DNA of 64,000 bases, from IMG/VR virus record IMGVR_UViG_2061766007_000718; one strand, written 5' to 3'. Position 1 is the first letter of the stretch, and each line of letters starts with the position of its first letter. Of this stretch, positions 29,984-41,957 are shown piece by piece. The notes beneath the pieces are model-generated. The model worked only from the letters and a program-made list of their open reading frames with translations. It was not told the DNA's origin and did no database searches. The DNA is from an uncultured virus (IMG/VR IMGVR_UViG_2061766007_000718) (lineage: Duplodnaviria; Heunggongvirae; Uroviricota; Caudoviricetes). A program made the position numbers and the translations under genes.

Positions 29984-31237
29984 TCAAGCACTTTTGAACA
30001 ACTGTCTGTTGCACTCAATAGTGGAGATTATTTTGTCATAGTCTTCTGGTTCCTTGTTGCACAAACCTCTGCATTGCAGAACCTTGCCGGACTTTAGCGA
30101 ATATTCTACTGTAGCCACGCGCCCTGCACTATTTGTTACCGACATAATCAGCGAGTTCTTCTTTTTGTAGTACTCCATGGCATATACGCAATGGTGCATT
30201 GCCTGTCCTTCCTCGAAAATCTCTTTTACGCTGTTCAGTACGCTAATACGCATATCTCCATTGACAATAACAATGCCGAGCCATTTCTTCTTCGCCTTAT
30301 GGTATTGGTTTTCATACTTCTTAATATCTTCCTTCTTCCTTTCGTACTCGGCTCTGTCCTCTAACTTTTCTTTTCTTGCAACCCACAAATCGTGCGCCTG
30401 CGACAGGTTGTCAGGACATACATTCTTTCTGTTAAGCAAATCCTGTCCACAGAACTCCATCGCCCTTATGGTGTCTTTCCACAATGCAAAATCCTCAACT
30501 ACATATCCGTTCCTTATGCATATCTTAATTGTTCCCCAGTGGTCATTGATGAACTTGTGGTCTTCTCTGTACGCATCGAGCAAATTGAACTGACCAGCCT
30601 TGAGCAAAGTTTCTGCATGCGGTTCATTCATCACATTGTAGAACATAGTACTTACTGGAGTAGTCTTCAATGTTGCAGCTTCCTTTACAAAACAGCCTAT
30701 GTTCCTTTTGAGTATGGGTATCAAGTTCATTTTGGGATAGGTAATCTGTTCCGCCACATACAATTTCTTTCTTACCTCCATATCTGACCACAGGCTATAA
30801 ATGGTGTTATACGACAATGGAGTTGCAAGCCTCGATACTATACAATACGACTTTTCATTAAACCATTCCTGCGCCACTTCGTGGAACTCGTAGTTTGCCG
30901 TACTTTTCCTGACACACAACCTTTTCACATAGAAATACCTGACTACTTGATAGTTCCTGCACTTGCTTACTATAGCATAATAGCCAGCATCCCTTATCTT
31001 CCTTGTTTTGCTGTCAATGACTTCAATCTGGTTGTCGCACGAACTACACTTATGATTTTGTATTTCGCTTTCGGACAATCGTTTACCGCAAGTCATACAA
31101 TACACTACAGAACCGTTCCTGTAGGCTACGTGACTGAAAAGGTGCTTTCCTGCGTACCTTTTCTGCCGTTCACTGATGGGAGTGAGTTTGGGAACCAAAC
31201 TCATAACCTCCCGTTGTACTTTTGTCTTCGGTTTCAT
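29984..31237 (-). CDS. PcfJ-like protein
   Basis: MKPKTK start, CxxC, AHD, EEGQAMHHCV, QCRGLCN. Confidence 0.9.
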   Translation of the reverse strand: MKPKTKVQREVMSLVPKLTPISERQKRYAGKHLFSHVAYRNGSVVYCMTCGKRLSESEIQNHKCSSCDNQIEVIDSKTRKIRDAGYYAIVSKCRNYQVVRYFYVKRLCVRKSTANYEFHEVAQEWFNEKSYCIVSRLATPLSYNTIYSLWSDMEVRKKLYVAEQITYPKMNLIPILKRNIGCFVKEAATLKTTPVSTMFYNVMNEPHAETLLKAGQFNLLDAYREDHKFINDHWGTIKICIRNGYVVEDFALWKDTIRAMEFCGQDLLNRKNVCPDNLSQAHDLWVARKEKLEDRAEYERKKEDIKKYENQYHKAKKKWLGIVIVNGDMRISVLNSVKEIFEEGQAMHHCVYAMEYYKKKNSLIMSVTNSAGRVATVEYSLKSGKVLQCRGLCNKEPEDYDKIISTIECNRQLFKSA

Positions 31238-31238
31238 A

Positions 31239-31658
31239 TCAGAACAAACTCAACTGATTTTCGTTGCAACTGCTCTTCGAACTAGAACTCTTTGCTGACG
31301 GCTTCGATTTCATTTTGCTGTAAGCCTCTTCCTCTGCACGCCTCATTGCTGCTTCCTTTGCCTGCTGTTTCTCCTCGTCAGTAAGTTCTACCGAATGGTT
31401 TACTACTACGTCGCACTCAACATCTTCTATCTTGCCAAGATTCTCCTCGTCGTAGTAATGCACTGCCATTCCAAAGATTTCATCATCTGCAAATCCGTTA
31501 ATACCAGACTTCCTGACTTCATTAAGGATAAACATGCAACATTCCTTTATCGACTTCTTTTCGTTTGCATACTTCTCCGCAAACAGCTTGTCGGTCTTTG
31601 CACGATTGTCAAGATAGAACTTGATTGCCTTTTCAAAATTTTCTGAACACTTATTCAT
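31239..31658 (-). CDS. PcfK-like protein (family that includes AcrIIA9)
   Basis: YLDNRAKTDKLFA...DDEIFGMAVHYYDE...QLSLF. Confidence 0.9.
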   Translation of the reverse strand: MNKCSENFEKAIKFYLDNRAKTDKLFAEKYANEKKSIKECCMFILNEVRKSGINGFADDEIFGMAVHYYDEENLGKIEDVECDVVVNHSVELTDEEKQQAKEAAMRRAEEEAYSKMKSKPSAKSSSSKSSCNENQLSLF

Positions 31659-31664
31659 AACTAT

Positions 31665-32802
31665 TTAATTTAACAAAACATTTCTAACCTTATCTTCCAT
31701 TCTCTTGCTGAATATCCATCCAGCTCCGCAACTCAACCTTGCATTGAATCTTCCACCAAGGCTTTTCAAGGTGTCCTTTATGCTTCTTGTATCGCCTATT
31801 ACGGCAATCGCCTTGTCCGAATAGTCAAATATCTTTATTCCTTGAACTTCGGTGCAGTCGCATTTCTTTTCTTGCTTCTCCTCGACAATATCAAGGTGGT
31901 ATAGAATCGTCATTGCGGCATTGTGCTCATCATACTCGTCAAATCTGTCGAGGCTCAACCCGTCAGCATCCGCGCCAAGTCTTTCCGCTGCCTTATATAT
32001 GGTTGTCCTGTCGTATTTTTCAGAGTCAACGCCACGCTCATTTTTTACTGATTTCAGCACATCCACTACTTTCTGCATTGTCTTGTCGGAAAATCCTCTA
32101 CTTACAAAAGTATATGAGAATCCGCCAAATAGCGTATTGAAGTCTGACGGATCATAATCCCAATAGTCGCCAGTAAAGTCACTATGGGAATCCTGCCACA
32201 GACGAACAGCCGGACTNNNNNNNNNNNNNNNNNTCGTATGAAACCTGTAATGTATCACAGCTCTCCTTTCTCACCGAAAACTTAATGTCTGGGAAACGCC
32301 TCTTCAAAAACAACCTTACATTGTCAGTCCGTTCCTTAGTGGTCTGTGGATTGAGTTTCAGGTAACTATACTTCTTCTTCAGTTCCTCGCAGTGTATATC
32401 TCTCTGGCGCTGTCTCTCAATCTCTTCCTGCTTTTCTTTTTCTTCCTGCGCCTTGCAGTTCTGATAGAGCCTTTGCAGTTCGTCTGCCGACATCCTGTAC
32501 GACTTGCCGTCTTCGCTGTCGTCATAATAGTACCCGATTCCGAACTTCTTCGAATACGGTCTGTCATCATGCTTGCACTCCCAGTTGGCAAACCTATTCC
32601 GACCTCCATCTTCCACCATCAACTGCACTCCCTTTTCGTTTGGTTCCGAATAGACATAGAACACTCCGCTGTCGTTAAATGCGAAACCTAATTCTCCATA
32701 TACTCTCTGGCCGACTTCCAATATAGTCGGTTTGATTTCTACGAACTCACCCTTTTCCCAATCCATCCTCATAGGATTTGATGCTTTAAAAATTACTTCC
32801 AT
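31665..32802 (-). CDS. LPD29-like polyvalent-associated domain protein (one gene split by gap)
   Basis: LKRRFPDIKFSVRK, DYWDY...FN.LFGG, DYSDKAIAVIGDTR..KD.LK.LGGRFN..L.CGAGWIF. Confidence 0.75.
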
Positions 32803-32908
32803 CTCTTTGTCCTTTCTTTAAATTCATTACTTGTTTATATTTGATGTAAAAGTAATATAAATATTTGATTTTGCAAAAATATTTTTAATATTTTTTCAGC
32901 TCAAAATC

Positions 32909-33435
32909 CTAATTTTCAGGGGTTATCGTATCAACAAGTTTCCAATACCGCAATGACATCAATCGAGCACATTTAGCGACTTCCTCTAAGAACAACCTGC
33001 GACCATTATAGACATAACTATTGCGTTCATTCCAGACAATACCGCCATCGTCATCATAATACAGGACTGCTGGTCTATTTGCCGCTAAACACAAATCGCC
33101 GTATAAGTCGGCCAGTTTTTTATATTCGACTTGAAATAACTNNNNNNNNNNNNNNNNNNNNNNNNNNNNNNNNNNNAAATTGGTAATGCAAAGTAAAAAT
33201 TACAAACCTTTTCATCCTTATGAAACACTTCCTTTGAGAAGTCCGCCTTTAAGTCCGAATAAGACCTCTTTATTTCAATTTCTGTAAGCCTATTCGACTT
33301 ATTTATGATTGCCAGGTCCGCTTCGTGATTAAGCAACCCAAACGACAAATTTGGAACTACTATACAATCGTTTCTTCTATCTATATACTCAATTACAATC
33401 TTTTGGATTTGCCTAATATTCAACCTTGTATCCAT
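32909..33435 (-). CDS. MmcB-like PD-(D/E)XK endonuclease (gap)
   Basis: HEADL...TEIEIKRSYSDLKADF; continues after the gap into the 32909-33094 frame. Confidence 0.7.
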
Positions 33436-33436
33436 A

Positions 33437-34201
33437 TTATTCTTTTTTAAATTTCTTTTGTTTTTCATTAAACAGAGCATCAATAGTCTGACGCTGCAAT
33501 TCCATCATTTTTTGTATCTTTTTGAATCCTACAAGCAAAGCATTAAATTGGGCATCAGTAATCTCAATAACAGTCTCGTCGTTAATCCTCGAATTAACAT
33601 ACATAAAACTATCGCTTACCATATTGCCGCACAATCCCATTATATCTATACGCATAAAACCTCCGTCATGGGGACATTGCTTGTCGCTAATACAATAGTG
33701 CATTCCTTTCCTATATGCCAGTTTCATAATACAATCTGCTTAACATTTGGCATCCGATGGATGGCATAATATCCGTTCTTCTGGTCTGTTCTTTCATCGG
33801 CATTGCAGGGAGCAAACAGACATTCATCGCCGTCTGTCTGCTCGTCCTTGCGCTTCCACAACAGGCAATGCTTACAGCAGTCAGACCATTTGTCGCTCTT
33901 TGTAGGAAAGAACTGCAACATACCCCACCTGCGACTATAGAACTGCTGCTCATCGAAATCTGAAAACAGATCCAACTGCCTATTCGTCTTTTCCATTGCC
34001 AGTAAAATTTTTCCTGTTCATACGGCTGTGGATTGTAAGGATTACATCACAATCATACTGACCGGGAAGAGCCTCCAGCACCTCTGCAGGGTACTGAAAT
34101 GCTTCCATTTCGATATGCACAACCTTCCTCTGCTTGTTGTAGTTGCCTACGCACAGACGGCTATTTCCGTAATTGTCACTTATCACATTGTTAAAGTCCA
34201 T
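33437..34201 (-). CDS. Three small hypothetical genes (33437-33727, 33724-33996, 33980-34201)
   Basis: Overlapping co-oriented ORFs. Confidence 0.55.
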
Positions 34202-34239
34202 AACATTTATCCTTTCTCGCTAATATTGTTTGAAATCAT

Positions 34240-35896
34240 TTAGTTTATAGCACAATTGAGCCTTGTATATAAAGATTCACACAAGACACGGCTCATATTT
34301 ACTTCAACCGCGTTTCCTATGAATTTTTTCTGTTCCGACTGCGTACCAATCAGAACATAGTCTTTCGGAAATCCCATAATTAGTTTCAACTCGTCAACTT
34401 TCAGCATACGCATCTTGATGTCAACTATTCCGTATATTGCCATAAATTCCTTAATCTTCTGTGTCATTGGACTGTCCGTATCATAAACCTTTATACCAAT
34501 ATTGCCTTTCTCGGTACTGATAAGGTAAGGGGGCATCTTATCCATACTCGCAATCAAAGTAAAGCAAGGCTCATCAACAGAGCCACCTTTACTGGCAAAC
34601 TGCGGATTCATCAAGTAGTGAGTATTGGACATTTCCTGTTCTACGGTCACTAATTGGTACTTTGGATTGACTGTTGCCGTCGGTGCCGGGGCGTTGATAG
34701 ATGAGGGTGTGCCGTTGCCATACTGCATATCAAGAAAGCACGGCTTGACTATCTGGAATCTGTCTTTTGTCGGAATGGTGGGGCAGGGTTTTTCTGTTGA
34801 CACCTCGTAACCGTTACCATAGTAGGCGGACAGAAAATCGACATCTAAAAGGGCGTGATGGTCTTTGCAGGTCAAAGTTCCTGCAGGACCTTCGATAGAT
34901 ATATTCTTGTCTGCAGGATTTCCTGAGAACTGCTTTGAAAGAAAAAATACTTTTACGACACCCAAACGATTCTGACACGCAACCGTAGGACACGGTTCGT
35001 CGATTGACGGAGCCACATATTTGCCGTTAGAGTTCATGGAGTTGTATTTCACGAGGAAAGAAACAAAGTCTTTCTGAGACATTCTCGCTATGAATTTAAT
35101 GAGCCCTGCGTATATGCGTTCGAGAGTACGCTCGCACAGCGGTTTCTCGCGTGTGAATATGCTTTCTCCCTCGTCCTGCAAGTCCAAGACTTCGCGCACT
35201 GGCTTCCATTTGGAAAGTCTGTAGTCAAAAAGACCAGTTTCTGCAAGTCCGTTTTTGCAGTGTGTGCGTTCCGGGAACGAATGTGGCAAACCTGTACGGG
35301 CAAACTGCCCGAAGAACCTCTTTCGCGAAGTATATGCGCCAAAGTCAGCAGCATTAAGGATTCTCCAGTCGTAGGTATATCCATAACCCTTTACCTTGTT
35401 GCACCAGCGTATATATGAAGTTCCTTTGCGTTTGCTCAAAGGTTTGCCGTTTTCGTCCATATCTCCCCAGCACATAAATTCCTCCACATTTTCAATCTCT
35501 ATATAGTCTGGGTTAAGAGCCTCGATGTAACGGAACAAATGTTCGGCCAATGTGCGGCTGTCGGCATCGCGTGGCTTTCCACCTTTTGCTCTGCTGAAAT
35601 TGGTACATTCCAGGCTTGCCCATAAAACAACCTTTGCTTCTGGATAATGAAGCTTGCATTGTTCAAGATGGGCAACCAATGGTGCAACATCGAGAGTTCT
35701 TATATCTTCCGTGAAATGTAATGCTTCGCTATGGTTGGCAGCGTGTGAAGCAATCGCGTTCGGATCGTGATTGACACAAGCAACAACCGTTGCGCACTTC
35801 CGTCCATCAATTCTGGCAGATTCCACACCTGTCGTTGTTCCTCCTGCTCCACAGAAGAGGAGCAACATATAGCAATTTAATATCTTCTTTTCCCAT
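34240..35896 (-). CDS. C5 DNA cytosine methyltransferase with apparent +1 frameshift just before motif I
   Basis: LFCGAGG, SLEC, ENV, YTSRKRFF, GFP, IGNAV motifs; the natural-looking start MGKEDIKLLYV is in another frame. Confidence 0.85.
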
Positions 35897-35912
35897 GTCT
35901 TTATCCTTTCGT

Positions 35913-37038
35913 TTAATCGAACAGCCTCAACTGCCTGTCATCGACATTTCTATACACATAGCGCACCTGCCTCGAACTGGTTCCTGTATCTCCGTCAGGG
36001 AGGTCCGTCCATTCGGACTTTATCTGGACACCACGCGCACGCAACTTGTGAACTATCGACGATAGCGAGCGTATTCCGTACTTCTCTATAGCCTGCCAGC
36101 AGGTTATACTGCCGTAGGTGCTCAAATGCTGCTCTATCTGCTTTGTCTTTGTCATAAACTATTGCTCCTTATCGTCAAGTAATCTGTCTATAGGAGTCCT
36201 GTATTTGTCACAATCCTGCGACAACTGCGCCAGTTGTTCTTTCGTCAGGTGCAACTGCGTACACAATGTCTTCCAGAACGCATCGAAAGCGTCTTCCATC
36301 AGATTGTTAGCCTTGCTTATTGCTAGCTTTGTGAATCCAGTCGTTTCTACAATGTCAAGCGCATTCTCGAAGTAGGAGAAGGCAAGCGATATCAGCACAA
36401 ACCCCTTGGAATATCCGTTTCCTGCCATTTTCAGTATAGTCTCCGTAGGAACGAGCTGTGCCAGTGGCTTCCTTACGCTTCTGCTTGACAGCAGTTTGTT
36501 GAGTTCTCCTCTCAATCTGTTATACTCTCTTTCCTGTTCACTCATCTATTTGTCCTCCATCTTTTTAAAAACCCTTCCGTCATACTCCATGCATACAGAC
36601 TGTTGTGCCGGTGTGCAGTTACCATTGAAGCAACATCCGTCACACGATGTCTGTATTTTCAATTCGTACTTCTGTCCGTTGAACATTGCGACATAGCGCA
36701 CCATCTTGCCCTCGCCAACTTTCCTGTTCTTCCTGACGAAATCAGGACAAGCCAACTGGCTGTGTCCGCCAGAGTACGGACATCGCTTAACCCTTGCACA
36801 ATCAATACACCTCTCCATAGTCTTTGATATTCTTGAAAACAACATTCTCACCATCTTCTCGCAACAGCGACTTGCAGTAGCCGACTATCGTCATAGCATT
36901 GCACCCGTTTCCATCCATAAATACACATCCATCGCACGGACTTGTAATACTGGTAGCCCTCTCAACAACCATTGCGTTTCGGTTGTAGCGGAAAACACTG
37001 CCTATCTCTCGTCCATAATTTACAATACCGCCGTCCAT
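35913..37038 (-). CDS. HTH protein (35913-36155) and three small hypothetical or Cys-rich genes
   Basis: GSITCWQAIEKYGIRSLSSIVHKLR winged-HTH-like segment; coupled ORFs. Confidence 0.6.
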
Positions 37039-37113
37039 AGTCTTTAAATCTTACTAATTTTATAANNNNNNNNNNNNNNNNNTCTTTATCGTAATGCGTA
37101 AAAAAAAATCCCA

Positions 37114-37788
37114 TTACTTGATTTTTCTATAGTCGGTTTCATGCGATAGGTTCACGCTGTTGAATAGAGAATACATCCTGCTTATAATCCTATCATCGTA
37201 ACATTCGCTCAGCCTTGCCACATTGGTAGTCGCAAATGTCAGCAGCTTTGTTTCTGCACGGTTGGCAAGTATCTCGCTAACTACGGAGCATTTGTTGCCA
37301 TAATTGCTCGACAACATAGGCTCACTGCCCAAGTCATCAATACAAAGGCATGGGATTCTGGAATATTTTGCAATTACACTTCCCTCGCTTTGTTGAGCAT
37401 ACTCAAATGCAATGTTTCTTGCCGATGCAATTGACAGTTCCAGCCTATATCGTTTACCTCCGACAATATACCAGTTGGAATCATATTGTACAAATTCTTT
37501 CAGTGCGTACATAAGCAATGTTTTCCCTCGACCTGTCTCTCCTCGAATAAGGAAACCCTTCCGGCAATCTATTTCATCAACACTTGTGTCGTAGGTCCAA
37601 TGCACAAGCTTGTTGATTATATCGGCTGTGTGGGTTTGGTCATACTCTTTTCCGCATACAGCAGATGCCATACTCACGAACAGGTTGATGGCTGTCGGGT
37701 ATTTGTTAGGTTCCAGAAAAGAAGAAACCCGCCTTAATTCATAGCGCGACTTGATGTCACCGATAATTTCATTCAAATTTTCAATCAT
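37114..37788 (-). CDS. DnaC/IstB-like AAA+ helicase loader
   Basis: GETGRGKT, LCIDDLGSE, TTN, RIISR. Confidence 0.85.
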   Translation of the reverse strand: MIENLNEIIGDIKSRYELRRVSSFLEPNKYPTAINLFVSMASAVCGKEYDQTHTADIINKLVHWTYDTSVDEIDCRKGFLIRGETGRGKTLLMYALKEFVQYDSNWYIVGGKRYRLELSIASARNIAFEYAQQSEGSVIAKYSRIPCLCIDDLGSEPMLSSNYGNKCSVVSEILANRAETKLLTFATTNVARLSECYDDRIISRMYSLFNSVNLSHETDYRKIK

Positions 37789-37792
37789 ATCT

Positions 37793-38710
37793 TTAAAATT
37801 TAGTTTTACTATAATCGTTATCTGTATTCCTAAAAAGCTGCGCAGACTGGTTGTTGGGTGGAACAGTTTCCCTATTAGCATAGTTGCCGGAAATTACTTT
37901 CTCAAAGTTTGACGGCTTTATCAGCCAGTCGAAACTCATCCCTTTCCAACTTTTAAGGAAGTTGCTTTCAACGGCCATCTTTATTGCTTTAATAAAAGTT
38001 TCTTTTCCGTATGTTGCAATCCGCGCCCTCACCATTTTCTTTCGAGCGTCGCCCATTGGCTTCACAAGTTTTCCGAAAATCCCATTGGTGGTGGTATTCC
38101 AATAATCTACAAGCCCATCATAATTTATCTGTACTTTCTCCGATGCATTGTCGGACGCAAAGTCCGATAATGAAGATTTATCTTCATCTATATTATCTAT
38201 TATATTACTTATACTACTTATATGTTTGTGGCGATTTGGTTGGTCATTCAGTTGGTCATTAGGTTGGCTATTAGGTTGGTCATTAGGTTGGCGGTCATTA
38301 TGTGCAATCCCTTGATTTTGACTGTTGTTAGGTTGGTGATTTGGTTGGCGATTTGGTTGGTCATTCAGTTGGTCATTAGGTTGGCTATTAGGTTGGTCAT
38401 TTTTTGACGACAAGTATTCACTGATATACACCACTTCCACAAGCGACTTAGTGTGACTTGCCGTAACCTTAATTGCTCCGTTCTTTTCCAGGACTGAAAG
38501 TGCCGTCCTTACCTTGCTCTCCGAATATCCGTATTCCTTTGCGAATGACAGCCTACCGAAATAACAGCATCCGACAGGCACACCGTAGTCATTACTACTA
38601 CTGTATGCGACTCGCTCAGAAAGGTCAAAATACAAAGTCCTTACGACTTCGTTCCTTTTCCACCAATCGGAACTAATTATGTCTGCTGGTATCGGTATAA
38701 ATCGTCTCAT
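37793..38710 (-). CDS. Replication initiator with internal iterons
   Basis: N-terminal wHTH-like region, QPND repeats, C-terminal FDWLIKPSNFEKVISGNY; upstream of the loader. Confidence 0.85.
   Translation of the reverse strand: MRRFIPIPADIISSDWWKRNEVVRTLYFDLSERVAYSSSNDYGVPVGCCYFGRLSFAKEYGYSESKVRTALSVLEKNGAIKVTASHTKSLVEVVYISEYLSSKNDQPNSQPNDQLNDQPNRQPNHQPNNSQNQGIAHNDRQPNDQPNSQPNDQLNDQPNRHKHISSISNIIDNIDEDKSSLSDFASDNASEKVQINYDGLVDYWNTTTNGIFGKLVKPMGDARKKMVRARIATYGKETFIKAIKMAVESNFLKSWKGMSFDWLIKPSNFEKVISGNYANRETVPPNNQSAQLFRNTDNDYSKTKF
38229..38401. repeat. 12-bp iteron-like tandem repeats, probable origin
   Basis: AATGACCAACCT-type units; a 56 bp block is exactly duplicated (38229-38284, 38346-38401). 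Confidence 0.75.
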
Positions 38711-39143
38711 CTTGCTATTATGTCATAATCAGCCGTTTTGCTGAATAAAAAAGCCCGCAGCCGTTTGCAGCCGGCCACGAGCAAGGAAAAAAGGTGTGTT
38801 ATAGTAACAATTATTCCCGAATGCTTGAAAGTATCTATCTCAAAAGTCTTCATCGTCTGCAACCGATTAGTGTCAAATATTTCAAATGCAAACATAAACA
38901 TTTTTTTATAAATAGCCAGTAATTTATAAATATTTTTTTATTCTTTTCTCTAAAAGCCTGTAATATAGCTCAGTACATTCAACAGAAACCACTTGTCCTG
39001 ACTTCTTGTCCTTTGCAGTCACTCTAACAATGGTATCTTCTCCGACATTGAATATAGGCTTCATCACTATATTGCAGTACTCGCCACTGCAAAGTATCTT
39101 TGTCAATGTAGGCTTCCGACTATTACTCCACCTTGTTCCCATA

Positions 39144-39329
39144 TCACACATTGCAAGCTTCAACTCGTCCTCTGCTTATGTATGCGTCCAAATCGTCTTT
39201 CATCATGTAAATCTTTCCTTTCGGGTTCGGTCTGCAGTATGCTAGACGACCAGACCGTATCTCTGCATAAAGCGTTGCCACAGATATGTTCAGGTATTGG
39301 GCTGCTTCCTTTACTGTCATAGTATTCAT
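39144..39329 (-). CDS. Excisionase-like HTH protein
   Basis: MTVKEAAQYLNISVATLY. Confidence 0.75.
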   Translation of the reverse strand: MNTMTVKEAAQYLNISVATLYAEIRSGRLAYCRPNPKGKIYMMKDDLDAYISRGRVEACNV

Positions 39330-39349
39330 AAAATCTTCCTTTCTTTTTG

Positions 39350-40364
39350 TTATTTGAAATTAGTAATAGCGTCAAGAATTTCCGCATCAAACCTTTCGCG
39401 GAACGATTCTTCTCCATCGTCTCCGGACAGAAGATAGTCAAGCCTTTTCGCCGCCACTTTCGACATCAGGAGAATGTTGCGTATGCATCGGATCTTGTCA
39501 ATGGTATCATCATCGTAGTCGTAATGATATACTGGTCCGTCATCATCACAGTCCCTGCCGTATGGCGACAGTTTATCTTTAGGAATCTCCACCTTGTTAA
39601 GTGAAATCACTTCGTCAATCTTTTCAAGAATCCTTTCTATTCCGCAACGCTCGTAGGACAATACATCTCCGCTCATAACTAATAGCCTGTTCTTGTTAAC
39701 TTTAACTCTTCCTTTGCATACGAAATCTGAGTGCGAATATTGTCGCCGATGTGTACACAAGCTGCATTTAGCCTGTCGAGTCTGTTTACTAGGTAGTTGA
39801 CATCATACAGTTGTGATTCCACATACTTCTTTAATGCGCTTGCAGGAAGCTGCACGGCACCGTCAATATATTCGCGATATGCCCTATATGTATAGATGTC
39901 CTGCACCTGCTTCGCTTCTGCAAGCATTATTGCCGACCTTGCAAGCCACACATTAAGTTCAGACAATCTGACTACCAGTTCCTCCGGCTCGTTGCTTGTC
40001 GTTATCGAAAGGAACTCCTGCAGCTTGTAGCACTCCTTATCCAGTCTGTCAATAACTTCCTTCATAGTTAGAATGGTAAATCACCCATATCGTCTGCATC
40101 CATTTCTGGAAGTTCCTCAACCGCTTCTGGTGTATTGGGTGCTTCGGACTTGAACTCAAGCACCTTTCCTGCGCCAATATAGTTCTTGTCAGCCTTTGCC
40201 TCGCGTTCCTCCTTGGACTGCTGTACCCATACCGTTAATGAGTTCCCGAACTTGTCAGGTTCTTTCCTTTCTCTTACAACAATGTTCAGATACATCTTTC
40301 CGTTGCTTCCCTTTTTGATTTTCGTCTTGTCTATGTCCGACAAGCATAATGATAAAAGTTCCAT
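39350..40364 (-). CDS. Three small genes; 40068-40364 is a probable ssDNA-binding protein
   Basis: Acidic C-terminal tail ending DDMGDLPF in 40068-40364. Confidence 0.6.
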
Positions 40365-40384
40365 TTCTATTACTTTTTAAAATT

Positions 40385-41119
40385 CTACAATTCCTTGTTA
40401 ATCTCTATTTCAACTCCCTTCTTCGCCACACAGACCTTTCTGCCAGTATGAGCCTCGACAGCCTTGCGGAACATATTTTCGTCGGCATTGTCGTCACTAA
40501 GATGCAACAGCACTATATTGTTTACAGCCGACAGGTCGTTGGCTTCAAGCGCCTCGATGCAGGTCTTTAGCGAGAAATGGCTCTGCCGAATGCGTTTCGA
40601 CAAGACCGGATGGACTTTGCCAGACTTTACATTTCCATCAAGTATTCCATCATCAAAATTGGCTTCAATCATTATGTTGGTCAACTTTGGGAAAGTGTAC
40701 TTCAAAAAAGCGGTGTCGGTGGCAAACAGAAGATTGCCAATCTCGTCGTGCCGTATCAGAAACCCGAACGGCTCTTTGCTGTCGTGATGAACATCAAAGG
40801 GAATAACATAGAAACCGCCTATCCTTACCGTCTCCAACGGCTTCATCCTTACGATTCCGTGTTTGCCGTTATTCCTCGTTTCTTCTGCCGTTCCCTCCGA
40901 CATGTACACAGGTGCAAACACAGAGTACTTCGATATATATTTTGCGTGGTCGCCGTGTCCGTGAGAAACTATGCTTCCTCGCAATTTCCTTATGTTGAAA
41001 CCAAGTGCATTCTTCATTGCCATAACTGGCATACCGCACTCAATTACCAGTGCTTCACTATCATTCTGTAGCACATATCCGTTACCACTGCTTCCGCTTC
41101 CCAATACTGTCAGTCTCAT
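40385..41119 (-). CDS. MBL-fold metallo-hydrolase (YycJ-like exonuclease)
   Basis: LGSGSSGN, SHGHGDH, HD, ATDT, LLHLS. Confidence 0.9.
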   Translation of the reverse strand: MRLTVLGSGSSGNGYVLQNDSEALVIECGMPVMAMKNALGFNIRKLRGSIVSHGHGDHAKYISKYSVFAPVYMSEGTAEETRNNGKHGIVRMKPLETVRIGGFYVIPFDVHHDSKEPFGFLIRHDEIGNLLFATDTAFLKYTFPKLTNIMIEANFDDGILDGNVKSGKVHPVLSKRIRQSHFSLKTCIEALEANDLSAVNNIVLLHLSDDNADENMFRKAVEAHTGRKVCVAKKGVEIEINKEL

Positions 41120-41179
41120 TGCTAGTTTGCTTTAATGGAGGCAGGACTAATCCCGCCTCCGGTCTGTATAGATGAATAA

Positions 41180-41932
41180 TTAAAAGGGCACTTCCTCCTT
41201 TTCCTTTTCTGCCGTTGGTTCTACCGATGGAGCTGGCTTTGGCTCTGGTTTAGGCTCCTGGTCCTGGACTGGGAACTGAACGCTGTTTGCCGTCTTCTCC
41301 TTTACTTCCTCGAACGGAACATCTTCAACTTCTCGTTCCTGCACTTCCTCCGACACATAGAGCGCACCCAACTTGGTAGGGAACGCCTCTCTTAACGCCT
41401 GCACCTTTGCTATCTTGGCGATCATTGTCTTTGGCATCGATAACCAAGTAGATTTCTTTTTGTCGTACTCATCGAGATTTACCCTTGCTACTGCTGGGTA
41501 CTTCCTGTCTTTCCTGTAAACAAAAGCCCATCCGCCAACCAAAGTTTCGTCTTTGGGACAGAAGCTTCCCTCTCTCTCGACTATTACTCCGTTCTTGTCT
41601 ACGGTAATGATACCAGCCTGATAGCCGTCGTAGTTCTCATCTGCCTCCGCTCTCTTGAAATACGCTTCCTTGCTCGTGATTATCTGTGCAGGACTGCCTG
41701 CAAACTTCACAAGGTGGGCTTCGTTAAGGAACGGATTCAACTGCTGGTACTTGCACACTGCCATAAACTGCACAATATCTGTGTCAGATACCTTGTCGTT
41801 GCCCTTCGTGAGATAGCTCCTTACTATCTCCTTGCTAAGTTTCACTTCCTCGCCATTGGCGATGTAAGTAGTCACTCCGTTACCGTTCTGCTGCGTTGCT
41901 GCTACGGCTGCTGTTGTTGCTTCTTTTGCCAT
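41180..41932 (-). CDS. bet: RecT/Bet-family ssDNA annealing protein
   Basis: CKYQQLNPFLNEAHLVKF, LVGGWA, MIAKIAKVQALREAFP. Confidence 0.9.
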   Translation of the reverse strand: MAKEATTAAVAATQQNGNGVTTYIANGEEVKLSKEIVRSYLTKGNDKVSDTDIVQFMAVCKYQQLNPFLNEAHLVKFAGSPAQIITSKEAYFKRAEADENYDGYQAGIITVDKNGVIVEREGSFCPKDETLVGGWAFVYRKDRKYPAVARVNLDEYDKKKSTWLSMPKTMIAKIAKVQALREAFPTKLGALYVSEEVQEREVEDVPFEEVKEKTANSVQFPVQDQEPKPEPKPAPSVEPTAEKEKEEVPF

Positions 41933-41957
41933 CTTCTTATATCTTTAAAATTAAACA

